DNA of 64,000 nt from the human T2T-CHM13v2.0 reference genome, Homo sapiens: NCBI RefSeq assembly GCF_009914755.1, contig NC_060942.1, one strand, 5' to 3'. Shown piece after piece: positions 16,106 through 33,968 of the stretch (positions within the stretch are counted from its first letter, which is position 1; the number at the start of each line of letters is the position of its first letter). The position numbers and the translations under genes were made by a program. The notes beneath the pieces were generated by a model. The model was not told the DNA's origin. It saw only the letters and a list, made by a program, of their open reading frames with translations, and searched no databases.

Positions 16106-18192
16106 GTAGGCAGGAATTTGCATTTGTTCTATCAGTCTTCTCAACATTCATTATTCATCTGTAGTTGTCAGTGAAATACTATAGGTCTTTTTAGAGAAGA
16201 TGTAAACTTCCATTTAAAAGTATTTCTGAGTGTTTTATTAATAATATGAGTTTTTTCTTTCCTTATTTCTATCATTAACTGATTATTCTTGTTAAATGAG
16301 ATTATTATTATTTTATGTAAAAAATTAATGTGAATATACATATGTAATATTTGATCACTCTATTAAAATCTTTTATTAGTCTGAGAGTGGCATTTGACTC
16401 ATTTTCTAATTAGCATCATGGCACTAGGAGAGGAGTCACCTGTCCACACTGGCATCTTCTGATGTGGATATTATCTCGTGGACTTTGGGCTGGTCATTTT
16501 TCCTATGCTGTCACTAATGGAGATGTATGACCCAAGCTACCGCTGAACTGTAGTCATTCCTCCATACTAGCATCCCGTTAGATATACATGTTCCCATTCA
16601 ACCTCTGGATATAAGTTCCATTATTCATCCTAAGACTGCATCTGTAAACCCATCCATGTACACAAAAACATCTCTATGGATAACACCGAGTCCATTTTAA
16701 TGGAGCCCTTGGCAACCTTCAAGTGTTCTTTCACATCATTCAGAGGTCACAGAGATTACCTGGGGAAATGTTCAGATCTTTGCTTAGACATAACATCTCA
16801 CCATTCCTACCAAAAGACTGTTCTGTCCAGTGTTAAGATAAAGGGGCAGTTCCAAGACCTTTCTCTCTTTTCTAAGATTCTATGTGAGAGTGAAAGCTTC
16901 TGCTACTTTCAGAGCCTTAAACTTCTGTGAATTCTATCACCAGCATTCTTGCATTTATTAGATGTAGAGTACAAAAATAATGGGGTCCTTCTTCAGAGCT
17001 CTGCACCACAGGCATCTCAATATCCTGATTAACCCCTCACTCCCCTTCTTCTCCAGATTTGAAAAGACTTTATGTAGCATGGTGGAGAGAAAAAAAAAAT
17101 GAGTCTAAGAATTTTTTTTTGTCTTTTATGTGGACTAAAAAAGATAACTTAAAATATCAGCCTACTACCTAGGTATACAACCATCCTGCCTGAAAATGAT
17201 AATATTTTACTTGTGGCCTAGCATCCTAACCCCGGAATATACAGATTCTTACAGCCTCTCAGCTGGAATCTGCTTAATCCTACTGAACTCCCGGGGGTAG
17301 GGGCAACCAGCACTGGCTGTGGCTGCCTAGTGTCTAAGCCATTTGAGTTCCTTGTGGGAGGGGCAGCAGCCAGCACTGGGACTGGCAACTGCCTAACAAG
17401 CTAAGCTCCCTGGACGGGGGAACAGCGACATCCATTTGTATAGCTCCAGGCTGCGCTTTTCTCCTTCTGGAGCCAGGGAGGCTGAATGGCTTAGTCCCAA
17501 GACTTGTCCCCACAGCCCAACACACTGGCTGTGGCAGTCTGCAACCAGAGTGCCCCTTCAGGCCTAACTCTGACCCTTCCTTCCTCAGTGGGTGGGGCTT
17601 CCCCACAGGATCTCCAATAACTCCAGCCAGAGGCTCAGGGACAGAGTTCAGATCTCCCTGGGTCTGAGCCCCTAGCGGGGAGTGGTGGCCACAGTATCTG
17701 AGGACCAGCAGACTTACCCTCTCCTCCTTGTAGTTCTGAGGAATCCAGGAAGCCCCGATGAATGGGTTTCCCCCCAGAAAAACACACAAAGGGACAAAGT
17801 GCTTCATTAAACAGGTCTTGCTCCCCGTGCCACCCAACTGGGTGAGACGCTTCAACAGGGGTTGTCAGACACCCTATTCAGCAGCAATCCTGCTGGCATC
17901 AGGTTGGTGCCCCCAAGGCCTGAGGTCCCAGAAGAAGGAGCAGGCACCCATCTTTGCTTCTCTCCAGCCTCCGTGGAGTGACATCTCCAGGCATGGGAGT
18001 GAATCAGTTGAATAGGGCCTGAACTGAACCCCCAGCAAACTGCAGAAACCCTACAGAAGGGACCTGACTATTGAAAGAAAAACAAACAAGCAGAAAGTGA
18101 CAACAGCATCAACAACAACAAAAAAGGCCCCCACAGAAACCCCATCCAAGAGTCAGCAGTCTCAAAGACCAAAACTAGACAAACTCACTAAG

Positions 18193-19675
18193 ATGAGAAA
18201 GAATCAATGAAAAAAATGCTGAAAACCCAAAAGGCCAGAGTACCTCTTCTCCAAATGATCACAATGTCTCTCCATTGGGGCAGAGAACTGGACAGAGGAT
18301 CAGATGGACGAATTGACAGTAGTAGGCTTCAGAAGATGGGTAATAAAAAACTACAATTAGCTAAAGGAGCATGTTCTAACACAATGCAAAGAAGCTAAGA
18401 ACCTTGATAAAAGGTTACAGGAATTGCTAATTAGAATAACCAGTTTAGAGAGGAACATAAACGACTGGATGGAGCTGAAAAACACAGCATGAGAATTTCA
18501 TGAAGCATACACAAGTATCAGCAGCTGAATAGACCAAGTGGAAGAAAGGATATCAGAGTCTGAAGACCACCTTACTGAAATAAGACATGCAAATAAGAAT
18601 AGAGAAAAAAGAATGAGAAGGAATAAACAAAGCCTCCAAGAAATATGGGATTTCATAACAAGACCGAACCTACGATTGGTTGGAGCACCAGAAGGAGACC
18701 AGGAGAGTGGAAACAAGCTGGAAAACACTCTTTAGGATATTACCCGGGAGAACTTCCCCAAACTACCAAGACAGGCCAATGTGCACATTCAGGAAATACA
18801 GAGAACGCCATTAAGATACTCCGCAAAAAGATGAACCCCAAGACACATAATCATCAGTGTCATGCGTGTCCGTATGGAAGACCACCTAAACAGGGTTTGT
18901 GTGAGCAACAAGGCTGTTTATTCACCTGGGTGCAACTGGGCTGAGTCCAAAAAGAGAGTCAGTGAAGGGAGATAAGAGGGGGCAGCTTTATAGGACTGGG
19001 GTAAGCAGTGGAAAGTACAGTTAGAGGTGGTTATCTATTGTTAGCAGGGGAGAAGGTCACAAGTTGTATGGTGGGGAGATCATAAGACTCGTTGTCCAGA
19101 AGAAGAATGTCACAAGGTCGATTGATGAGTTGGGGCAGGGCAAGAACAAGTCATAATGGTGGAATGTCGTAAGGTTGGTCAATCAATTAAGGCAGGAGCT
19201 GGCTGTTTCACTTCTTTTGTGGTTTTTCGGTTGTTCCAGACTTCTTGGCTCCTGCAGGCCATGTGGACATATATGGGCAGGTCACAGGGGTTACAATGGC
19301 TGAGCTTTGGCTCAGAGGCCTGACAATCAGATTCTCCTGGAAAAATTATTAAAGGCAGTCAGAGAGAAAGTCCATGTTACCTACAAAGGGAAGCCCATCA
19401 GACTAACAGTGGACCTCTCAGCAGAAACTCTACAAGCCAGAAGAGATTGGGGGCCAATATTCAACATTCTTAAAGAAAAGAATTTTCAACCCAGAATTTC
19501 ATATCCAGCCAAACTAAGCTTTATAAGTGAAGGAGAAATAAAATCCTTTCAAGGCAAGCCAGTGCTGAGGGATTTCCTTACCACCATGCATGCCCTGCAA
19601 GAGCTCCTGAAAGAAGCACTAAATAGGGAAAGGAAAAACTGGTACCAGCCACTGCAAAAACACCCCAAAATATAA
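18193..19675 (+). pseudogene. L1 ORF1p remnant (stops, frameshifts, LTR insertion)
   Basis: EERISESEDHLTEI..RPNLRLVGAPE and VTYKGKPIRLTVDLSAETLQARRDWGPIFNILKEKNFQPRISYPAKLSF. Confidence 0.92.
18858..19325 (-). mobile_element. HERV-H solo LTR (LTR7 family, LTR7C-like) inserted in L1 ORF1
   Basis: Minus strand starts tgtcaggcctctgagccaaagc and ends acggacacgcatgaca, with TATA-like cctataaag and AATAAA. 5-bp TSD ATCAG at 18853-18857 and 19326-19330. Confidence 0.92.
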
Positions 19676-19738
19676 AGACCAATGGCACTACAAAGAAACT
19701 CCATCAACTAGTGTGCAAAATAACCAAATAACACCATG

Positions 19739-23510
<3,772 letters not shown>

Positions 23511-23861
23511 ATAAGTGGGAGGTGAACACTAAGAACACATGGACACAGAGAGGGAAACGATACACACCAGAGCCTGTTGAGGGGTAGGGGGTGAGGGGAG
23601 GGAACTTAGAGGATGGGTCAATAGGTGCAGCAAACCACCGTGGCACATGTATACCTATGTAACAAACTTGCATGTTCTGCACATGTATCCCATTTTTTTA
23701 GAAGAAATAGAAAAAAAAAAGTTGCGCATGTGTGTAAGTTATATCTACACATATATCATGATCATATATCTCATTTCTTATACATATTTATGGTGCATAA
23801 CATTTCCATATCACATATACATATGCATATATATATCTTATACTTATATAAAATGTGTTTG

Positions 23862-24151
23862 TTTTTTTTTTGAGACAGAGTCTTGCTCTGTCGCCCAGGC
23901 TGGAGTGCAGTGGCGCAATCTCGGCTCACTGCAACCTCCCCACCTCCTGGGTTCAAGCGATTCTCCTGCCTCAGCCTCCTGAGTAGCTGGGATTACAGGC
24001 ATGTGCCATCACGCCCAGCTATTTTTTTATTTTTAGTAGAGACGGGTTTCACCATGTTGGTCAAGCTGGTCTCGAACTCCTGACCTCGTGATCCGCCCAC
24101 CTCGGCATCCCAAAGTGCTGGGATTACAGGCGTGAGCTACCGCACCCGGCC
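23862..24151 (-). mobile_element. AluS (Sg-like)
   Basis: Full antisense Alu, flanked by imperfect TSD TAAAATGT(G)TTTG. Confidence 0.95.
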
Positions 24152-25667
24152 TAAAATGTTTTGAAATAGCTTCACGTGCAAATACGTTTAACATTTTTAA
24201 ATGCAGGAAGGTATATAGATGAAATTAAAATTCATTTGAAATCGCACCACTGAGACAAAGAACCACTATAAAGATTTGAAGAACACCACTCCATCTGTCT
24301 ATGCATATATTATTTTAACTCATTTATATGTATATATGTATGATATATATGAATATATATTATTTACTTTATATATGTATTTATATAAAATATTTTCTCT
24401 ATATATGTATATATTTAATTATGAGGTATATATTATTTAAACCTCAATCTTATCTATAAAATAGAGATCACATTACCTAACTTAAAGGGTTGTTAATAAA
24501 GATGAAGTAACACACGTAATTGTCTCAACGTAAATAGATGTCCTTTTCTCTTAAAATTGTTTCCATATTGTCTAAGCCTGCATTATTTGTCTTTATAGTT
24601 CTGTCAGTGTTCTGTGTTTATCTGCTCATTATTCCACCTTGTAATGTTTCACTTGTCAGTTTCCCTTAAAGACTATGTCTTGTTCACTGTTACATCTCTC
24701 AGTGCCAGGCAGAAGGAAGACACTTAATAAACATTGTCAAAATAGATGTTTTAAAACATTACATTAAAACACCTGTATATCCTAGGTTGTTAATAACTTG
24801 TTGCTGAACATGAATATAATCCAGCCACTTTATACAACAGATGTGGAAACTCTCCAGACATATTTAATTACTTCTCAAGGTTAAATTTGGTTCATGCTTC
24901 TTGTTTAGAGCAGGAATTATAATTATCATGTAATTAAAAGGTATAATATTAATTATTAAATGACTTTATACTAGTGATGAGATTATCACTCGGACTTCTG
25001 CTCAGGGTGCCCTAAATATTTCTTGGCGATAGAATGTTCTATAACTTCTCAGCATATTTCTGTGCATACATGCCATCTTACGGCTTTGGTGATGAAGTTT
25101 TCATAGTCTTTTTGGAACTTCGAGCTTTAGTTCTCTTACTAATGGCAATGAGGCTTCCTTGTATTTTCTTCTTCTTTCTCAAGAATGTACCATTTGTCAG
25201 GTTTCAGCATCTCTACCCAAATCTACTCCTGTGAATACTAAAATGTCCTTAAAGAAATGGATTTTAAAACTACTACTACCTTTAATTAATACATATATAG
25301 ACTACTATGAAATCAAAATGGTTTCTAAAAGTTCAAAACTTGAAAGGGTCATCTGACATCCAACTAATACAACAGAAGAGATTTTAACCAGTAAGTAGTT
25401 CCAGTGGGTTATTTGAAGTTTATAGCTTTTGTCCCTTATACAGTCTCCACTAGACAACCCCAAGACACTTGAAATAAACAATTCAAGTGTGCTTGCCACT
25501 GAAATCAGCTACAAAGCAATTCACCTACCCAAACTTTCCAAGCCAGCTGCTCACCTCAAGCTCTGACTTTATGACAATTACAGGGCTGCCTGTAGGTTTG
25601 CAGATGCTTTGAACTGGACTGTTGCTGACAAGGACTTCTTGAAACACATATCTCATCAGCCTAGTTC

Positions 25668-25709
<42 letters not shown>

Positions 25710-25714
25710 CGCAT
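25668..25714. repeat. Compound (TG)n(GC)6 microsatellite
   Basis: tgtgtatatgtgt(gt)10 gcgcgcgcgcgcat read directly. Confidence 0.95.
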
Positions 25715-26174
25715 TTGTGCGTACATGTGTGTATAGTGATGTCTCTAAAGATATGGAAAAGTGCCATGAAGTCTTGAGTAGACAGGATACAGATGGTTTT
25801 TCTAGTAATTGAGAAAATAGAGATAGGGCTTAATAAATTATAAGAGAAAAGGGACTGAAAGTCATAATGGTAATTAATTTTGTTTGTAGGTGTGGTTTCT
25901 GCCAGATTTATTTTGGTTTGTTTGGTCTTTTTGTGGCCAGCAAGGAGCTCAATATTATAAGAAAATGAATTTAGGGTCTCCATTGTTATCCTTCTTAGGC
26001 TCACAGCCCTCTTTCCAAATTTGTATTTTGGTCATATTCTTGAAGAAAACAACAGGGGAGAAAGTAACACCTGAACAGGTCAGCAACAATCACCACACTA
26101 TTATTACAGTATAGCAATGTCTCCTAGTGTCAAGAAAAGCAATTTTCCTCATATCTCTTCCCCCCCGACCCCGC

Positions 26175-26336
26175 CGAGACGGAGTTTCACTCTTAAGCCC
26201 AGGCTGCAGTGAAGTGGCCCGCGGTCTCGGCTCACTGCAATCTCCGCCCCCTGAGTTCAAGCGAGTCTCCTGCCTCAGCCTCTGGAGTAGCTGGGATTAC
26301 AGGCACCAGCCACCACACCCGACTAATTTTTGTATT
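26175..26336 (-). mobile_element. Alu right-arm fragment (AluS)
   Basis: gagacggagtttcactctt...ctaatttttgtatt; no left arm and no poly(T). Confidence 0.88.
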
Positions 26337-26849
26337 AATCCAACACTTTTTTTCACTAGATTCTCCACAACTTTCTACCGAATTGAATGCAATAATATAT
26401 AGACAGAATAAACCTAAGGTCATGAGGATGGAATCAATAAATGAACACAAGGTATAATGAAGATAAAATAAGTTGCCGTGTATATAATGGTCTTATTTGG
26501 GCATTCCACCATAGCATAGATAGTTGACAACTGAACGACTTCCCATCTGACATTGTATAACTCATATTTTCTTTTATAAATATGCTAAAGCAAATCCCTA
26601 GGATTGCAAACTAAAACAAGTGTTTTTGTCTAAATTTGTCAAGAAAGTGTCATATGATATTTAAAGAAACTAAAAGGTTATATTAGGTAATTATGTTAAC
26701 CTCATTCTATCATAACACTTCATATTGTCTCTGATTGTATCTTATTTTTATTCAGACATACATCATCCAGTTTACATAGAATTAGGGTCTGTAATATCAT
26801 AAAGCATATTAAATGCATTTTATGAAGCTAGTTTATTTTTACCAGAAAT

Positions 26850-28260
26850 AGTTGTTTAAAAAAGTTCATTGCAGACACATGTATGTAATCTGTCTCATGC
26901 TAATGCCTGCATAATATTTCCTTTTATTAATCCAGTGTGTTATTCTTCTGTTGTTGGATGTTAAGAACAATGAAAATATATTCTCATTGTAAATAACACT
27001 ATAACAAATCAATTTGCATACATTTTTTTCTGAATTATTTACATGAAACGTATTTTTCTTATAAGTTATCTAATTAAATTAGTTGAATGGCTAGAGCAAT
27101 GCCTATATTTTTCTTTGTATTTTTTCTTTCATTCCTGTCCCATAGGCCACATTCTGAAGGCTTTCATATGTTTTCTTTTGCAATATGTTTATTTTTAATT
27201 TAGAAAAAGTTTATCAAGTTTCTCATTATATCCAACTGAAATCTTGATTAGGATTGTATATTGGTTTCTTACTGTTTTAGCCGCATCTTACAAGCACTGG
27301 TCTGTAGTGTTTTTGTTATCAATCACTTGTAAATATTTTTTTAAATTTCCATTAGCATTTTTTTAGCGAGTGAGTTATTTAATAATACATTTTCTAGCTT
27401 AAAAACCTATGGAATATTTTAGTTATCTTTTTGCTTTAATACGTAAGTTTATAGTATTTTGCAAGAAAGCATATGCTCTGTTATTCATACTTTGAAGTTA
27501 ATTGAAACTTCTTTGTGGTTTAACGAAGAATATATTTTGTTAATATATTAATCCTGCTAAAAATGTTTATTCTCTGTTAAATGTAGAATTTTACATATAT
27601 CTAATAGATTAAGCTTATTATTTATGTCATTTGATATCCTAGTATTAATGCTTAAGTTTCATCTTTTTGTACCTTCAGTTTATGAGAGGATTGCATTAAA
27701 GTTTCCAAAGCAATTACTGACATGCACGTATGCAATTATATCAGTTGATGCTTACTATGACTTGAGGATGTATAATTTGTGCATATATCCTGTGATATTT
27801 ATTTCTAATTTTTCTCTCTTTATATATACAATATCCTTTCAACTTACACTGTATTTATATCGTATTTTGCTTTAAATTTTACTTTGTCATATAAGATTGT
27901 TACCCCATCTGTCTTTGTTTATATTTATATTTACCTGGTATAATTTTTCAATATTTGATTTTCAACCACTATTATAGTTTTTTATCAAAATATGTCCCAT
28001 CGGTATTATTGTATCTTGTGCAGTTTAAATAAAACCAAATAATTACTGTCTTTGAATTGATGTTTAACCCATTTATATTTATTTAAGTTATTGTTATTTT
28101 AAAAATCATTCTTGTTATTTTAGTTCACACTTTTTATCTATTGTATCTTCTAGTCCTCTTTTTCCTTCATTATCACTTTCTATTGATTGATCAAGTTTTC
28201 TTTTGTTGGACATATATATATATAATAGAAAAAATATTAGTTATATGATTTATTTTGTTT
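26850..28260 (-). mobile_element. Highly decayed L1M fragments
   Basis: T-rich tract with phrases typical of antisense old L1 ORF2/3' UTR; boundaries approximate. Confidence 0.5.
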
Positions 28261-28537
28261 TATTTATTTTTGATGATTTCTTAAACATCATTATCCTCAT
28301 TTTCTTCCTATAATGGCAAGAATTTAAATGATTTTGGGCACAGATCCAGTATAACAAGTATATATTTGCACCAGAGAAATATGTACGAGAAAATTTTAGC
28401 AGCTTTTTTTCTTGCATAGTAGCAAAAACTAGAAACAACCCTAATGACCATTAAGAGTATGATAAAAAAGATTTGATATATTTATACATAATAGTATTTC
28501 ATAAACTGCTATGTACAGTAAAATAATAAATAATACA

Positions 28538-28893
28538 TATCTTAGTCTGTCCAGGCTACTATAATAAAATACCTTAGACTGGGTAATTTATAAACAACAG
28601 AAGTTTATTTCTTGCAGGTCTAGGTGCTGGGAAGTCCAAGATCAAGCTGCCAGCAGATTTGTTGTCTAGTAGTCTTGCTCTCTGCTTTATAGGTGGTGCT
28701 ACTTGCTGCATCCTCACATGGCAAAGGAGTCAAAGAGCAAAAGAAGGCCTAAAAGACTTGCTTAAGTCCTCTTATAAGGGCAGAGCCCTCATGATCTAAT
28801 CTTCTAGGGAAGTCTCTACCTCTTAATACTATTGCATTGGGGATTAAGTTTCAACATGAATTTTGAAGGGATGCAAACCTTCAAACAATAGCA
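28538..28893 (-). mobile_element. MST/MLT1A-type MaLR solo LTR
   Basis: tatcttagtctgtccaggctactataataaaataccttagactggg...aaacaatagca; near-TSD ATACA/ATATA. Confidence 0.88.
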
Positions 28894-29220
28894 ATATATA
28901 AATAATAAATATGATATAATATAACTAAAATATTAAATAATAAAGATACATATCAATAATAATTTTTAGAACTACAATGAATAACTTTTAGAACTAATGT
29001 CTGAATCTTTCCATGTAACTTTGAGCTAAACATACCAGATGCAAAAGGGAATGACTCTACCTACGTAGGGAAGTTCAAAAACAGCCAAAAGTCAATTACT
29101 GACCTTTCTGGGGAGAGTAGCCCAGGTTAGGGCAGGAGGAAGGCTTCTGGGTGTTGGTATTGTTTGTTGCCTGGACCTTGATGCTGCTAATGTTCTCTGT
29201 CTTGATCTGAAAAGTACTTA

Positions 29221-29708
<488 letters not shown>

Positions 29709-30970
29709 TCACACTCCAGACATAAACTGCCCAAAACACACTCCATGCTCTGAAGAGCTTGCTTAGATTTTTGGTTTCTTTCTGGCATTCGTATTTCCCT
29801 TTTGTTTCCCCCGTTGCTCCAGGATAGGATTTTATGGAGGAAGTCAATAGCTTCTGCTTGTTTATCATCACCGAATTAACCAGCAGCTTCCTCAAGTGAG
29901 TCTTATAAACACTTGTAATGGCCTTTGATATGCCAAATTGCTTTTGAAAATGGCCATTCTACAATCTGTGCAGCAGCACTACAGATTTAATGCACTATCA
30001 CTAGCTTTTGGTGACATATGTCACTTTAAATTGCATGCCTTGTAAATTATCCCTCAATTTTGCTTTAATTTGCAATCATTGCAACAGTAGCAAAATTAAA
30101 CAATGTCTGTTATTTGCATTTGCTTTTCAGTCATTTTGCTGTTCATGTTTTTGCATATGCATTTATTAACATCATGATGTTGTCCTTATTACTGGGATTA
30201 AACATTTAACACTATTTAGATATTCTGTTTCTTCCTACTGATAGAATAAATGAAAACATTTTGAAATGTTATGAACTCAAATGTAAGATTAAGTAAACCA
30301 GACCACCTGTCTGTCAGGAGCAGGGAGCAAGGAATGTGATATTTTAATTACTGAAATCACACATGCCTCTACATCCACGAACTACAGACATCATATATAG
30401 TTTATTCAGCTCAGAACCTCATTTTTGAGTTAATGGTGCTTTTGTTCAGAAAGGAGTAAGACAGTGGGAGTTCCTACTTTCTCTGTAGTCTCACTTTACT
30501 TGATGCCATGTTGGCACTGGGGCATCTGTCAAGTATAACAGATGTCGGGAACAGAAAATTCTCTGTGACCAAGTTTCAATCTGTTATTTACATATGCTGC
30601 TAAGCACACTGATAGCAGTTTCATTTCAACAGAAGGAAGACAATGTATCTCACCTGCAAGTGTATTCTCCCTTTAGCTCCTTGAGGGCAGATAGCAGTTG
30701 ATTTTCTTATTGCTATTCAAGAAAATACAAAGAGAATAATTTCCACAAGAAATTCATAGCTCTGATTGTTTCCTAGTAAGACATGATGTTAAAGTGAATT
30801 TTTTAAATCTTCACAATGTTGAATATACAAGAGTATCTTCTTCAGTTGCATTGTAAAATTAGGTACATGTGGTGCTAATCTTATGGAGCAGGTTTTTTAG
30901 AATCTTAGAGACAACTTGTATAATGACATGGTTTGTTATTACCTGGTTTTGTAGTGACTTAACTAAAATA

Positions 30971-32940
30971 TAGGCATACTTCATTTTGTTGCACTTCATT
31001 TTATTGCTCTTGGCAGATGTTGAGATTTTTACAAATTGAAAGCTTGTAGCAACCCAGAATCAAGCAAGACTATTGGTACCATTTTTGTCAACACTATGTG
31101 CTCACTTGGTGTCTCTGTGTCACATTTTGATAATTATCTCAATAGTCCAAATTTTTCATAATCATTTTATCTATTGTGGTGATCTATAATCAGGGACCTT
31201 TGATGTTACTATTGTAGATGTTTTGGCCATCATGAACCACACCCATGTAACACGGCAAACTTAATAAATGTTACCTGTGGCCGGGCGCGGTGGCCCATGT
31301 CTGTAATCCCAGCACTTTGGGAGGCCGAGGCAGGCGGATCACGAGGTCGGGAGATCGAGACCATCCTGGCTAACACGGTGAAACCCTGTCTCTACTAAAA
31401 ATACAAAAAATAACCAGGTGTGGTGGCAGGCGCCTGTAGTCCCAGCTACTCTGGAGTCTGAGGCAGGAGACTAGTCTGAACCCGGGAGGCGGAGCTTGCA
31501 GTGAGCCGAGACAGCGCCACTGCACTCCAGCCTGGGCAACAGAGTGAGACTCCGTCTCAAAAAATAATAATAATAAAATAAATAAATAAATAAATGTTAC
31601 GTATGTTCAGACTGCTCCACTGTTCCCCACCTCTCTCCCTCTCCTTGGGCCTCCCTATTCCCTGAGACACAATAATATTGAACTTAGACCAATTAATAAC
31701 CCTACAATGGTGTCTAAGTGTTCAAGTGAAAGAAAGAGTGCCATGTAATGCACTTTAAATTAAAAGCTGAAAACGATTAAGCTGGGTGAGGAAGGCATGT
31801 CAAAAGGTGAGATAGGCTGAAAGTTACGCCTCTTGAGCCAAACCACCAAGTTGTGAATGCAAAGGAGAAGTTCTTGAAGGAAATTAAAAGTGCTACTCCA
31901 GTGAATGCATGAATGATAAGAAAGTCAAAACAGCTGCATTGCTGATATGGAGAAAGTTTCGGTTGACTGGATAGAAGATCAAACCAACGACAACGTTTAC
32001 TTAAGCCAAAGCCTAATCTGGGGCAAGACCCTACTCTATTTAATTCTATGAAGGCTGAGAGAGGTAAGAAAATTATAGAACAAAAGTTTAAATCTAGCAG
32101 AGGTTGGTTCATGAGGTTTAGGAAAAGAAACTCTCTCCATAACATAAAAGTACAAGGTGAAGCATCAGGTGCTCATGCAGAAGCTGCAGCAAGTTATCCA
32201 GAAGATCTAGGTAAGATCATCGATGAATATGGCTACACTAAACTTCATCACTAGATGAAGCAGCATTATATAGGGAGAAAATGCCACCTAAGACTTTCAC
32301 AGCTAGAGAGAAAGTCAATGTCTGGCTCAAAAGTTCAAAGGGCAAGCTGACTTTCTTGTTAAGAGCTAATGCAACTGGTAACTTTAAGTTGAAGACAATG
32401 CTTGTTTACTATTTGGAAAATCCTAGGGCCCTTAAATATTATGCTAAATCTACTCTGCTTGTGCTCTATAAATGGAATAATGAATACTAGATAACAGCAC
32501 ATCTGTTTACAGCATGGTTTACTGAATATTTTAAGCTACTGTTGAGACCTACTGCTCAGAAAAGGAAATTTCTTTCAAAATATTACTGCTCATTAACTAT
32601 GCACCTTGTCATTCAAGAGCTCTGATGGAGATGTACTAGGAGATTAATGTTTTCATGCCTGCTAACACAAGGTTCACTCTATAGGCCACAGATCTAGGAG
32701 TAATTTTTACTTTCAAGTCTTATTATTCGAGAAACACATTTAATAAGGCTATAGCTGCCATAGATAGTGATTCATCTGAAGAAATCTGGAAAAGGCAATT
32801 GAAAACCTTCTGAAAAGTATTCACCATTCCAGATGCCATTGTGACCATTCATGATTCATGGGAAAAGGTTGAGATATCAACATTAACAGGAGTTTGGAAG
32901 AAGTTGATTCTGACCTTCATGGATGACTTTGAGGCTCAAG
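30971..32940 (+). mobile_element. Tigger1 (pogo-like DNA transposon), 3'-truncated, with decayed transposase
   Basis: 5' TIR-like (c)aggcatact after TA. Transposase remnants [11 protein letters not shown] (CENP-B-type HTH), KLTFLLRANATG and ENPRALK in ORFs 32048-32490. Confidence 0.93.
31279..31588 (+). mobile_element. AluY inserted in Tigger1
   Basis: gagatcgagaccatcctggctaacacggtg and ggagcttgcag; TSD core AATAAATGTTAC at 31263 and 31589. Confidence 0.96.
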
Positions 32941-33616
32941 ATCTTTCCTGAAGAATGTTCATATTCATGCCTCTAGTTTCCCAAGTTGGATAAAGTTCAT
33001 GTCTATTATAGCAATGCTTCATTTTACTTTCCACTTCTGTTTTCATTTCTTCTTAATTTCTGTCATCTGTGTGTTTTTCTTTCTTGCTTGCTAGCTCAGC
33101 CATCATTTTTAGGTCATGAGTGGGTTTTCAAGTTATTATACTCCGATATTTTCATAAAACTACAGTTTCTCTTCTTCCAATTTGCTGTTTGTTATGAATC
33201 TAAATTATTTCCCTACTATTGTTTCCTTTGTGTCAAATTTGTGACCCTTTCTAATTTTTTTATCAATCTTAAATTCTATATGCTTACTGATTACCTTCTT
33301 GAAAGTGAGAGAAAGGCCAAGGAATAATTGAGCCCGTATAAACTTTGGCCTCAGGCAGACATAGGTCCACAAACAGTTCTACCATTCGTAAGTGTTTGAC
33401 TTTGGATTTCTTAGGTAAATGCAAAGCAATACAGGACTAAACCATTAACTCCACATACCAATTTTTAACTATCATTTCTGACTTTTTCCTTTCCAAATCA
33501 TAGAAGTTGAGTTTTCTAGTCGGCCGTCTTTTATTCCTCTAGACTAACCAATGAAATTTCAGTTCTTAGCCTTGAAACTATGTCTTTCTAATTGCTAGTT
33601 TAAAAGAAAAGCTACA

Positions 33617-33968
<352 letters not shown>

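Noticed and set aside
25525-26004. 159-aa minus-strand ORF
   Set aside because: It runs through a (CA)n microsatellite (THTHTH) and has no recognisable domain.
32048-32490. Domesticated TIGD-like transposase gene
   Set aside because: The frame is broken into short pieces within an ordinary truncated Tigger1.
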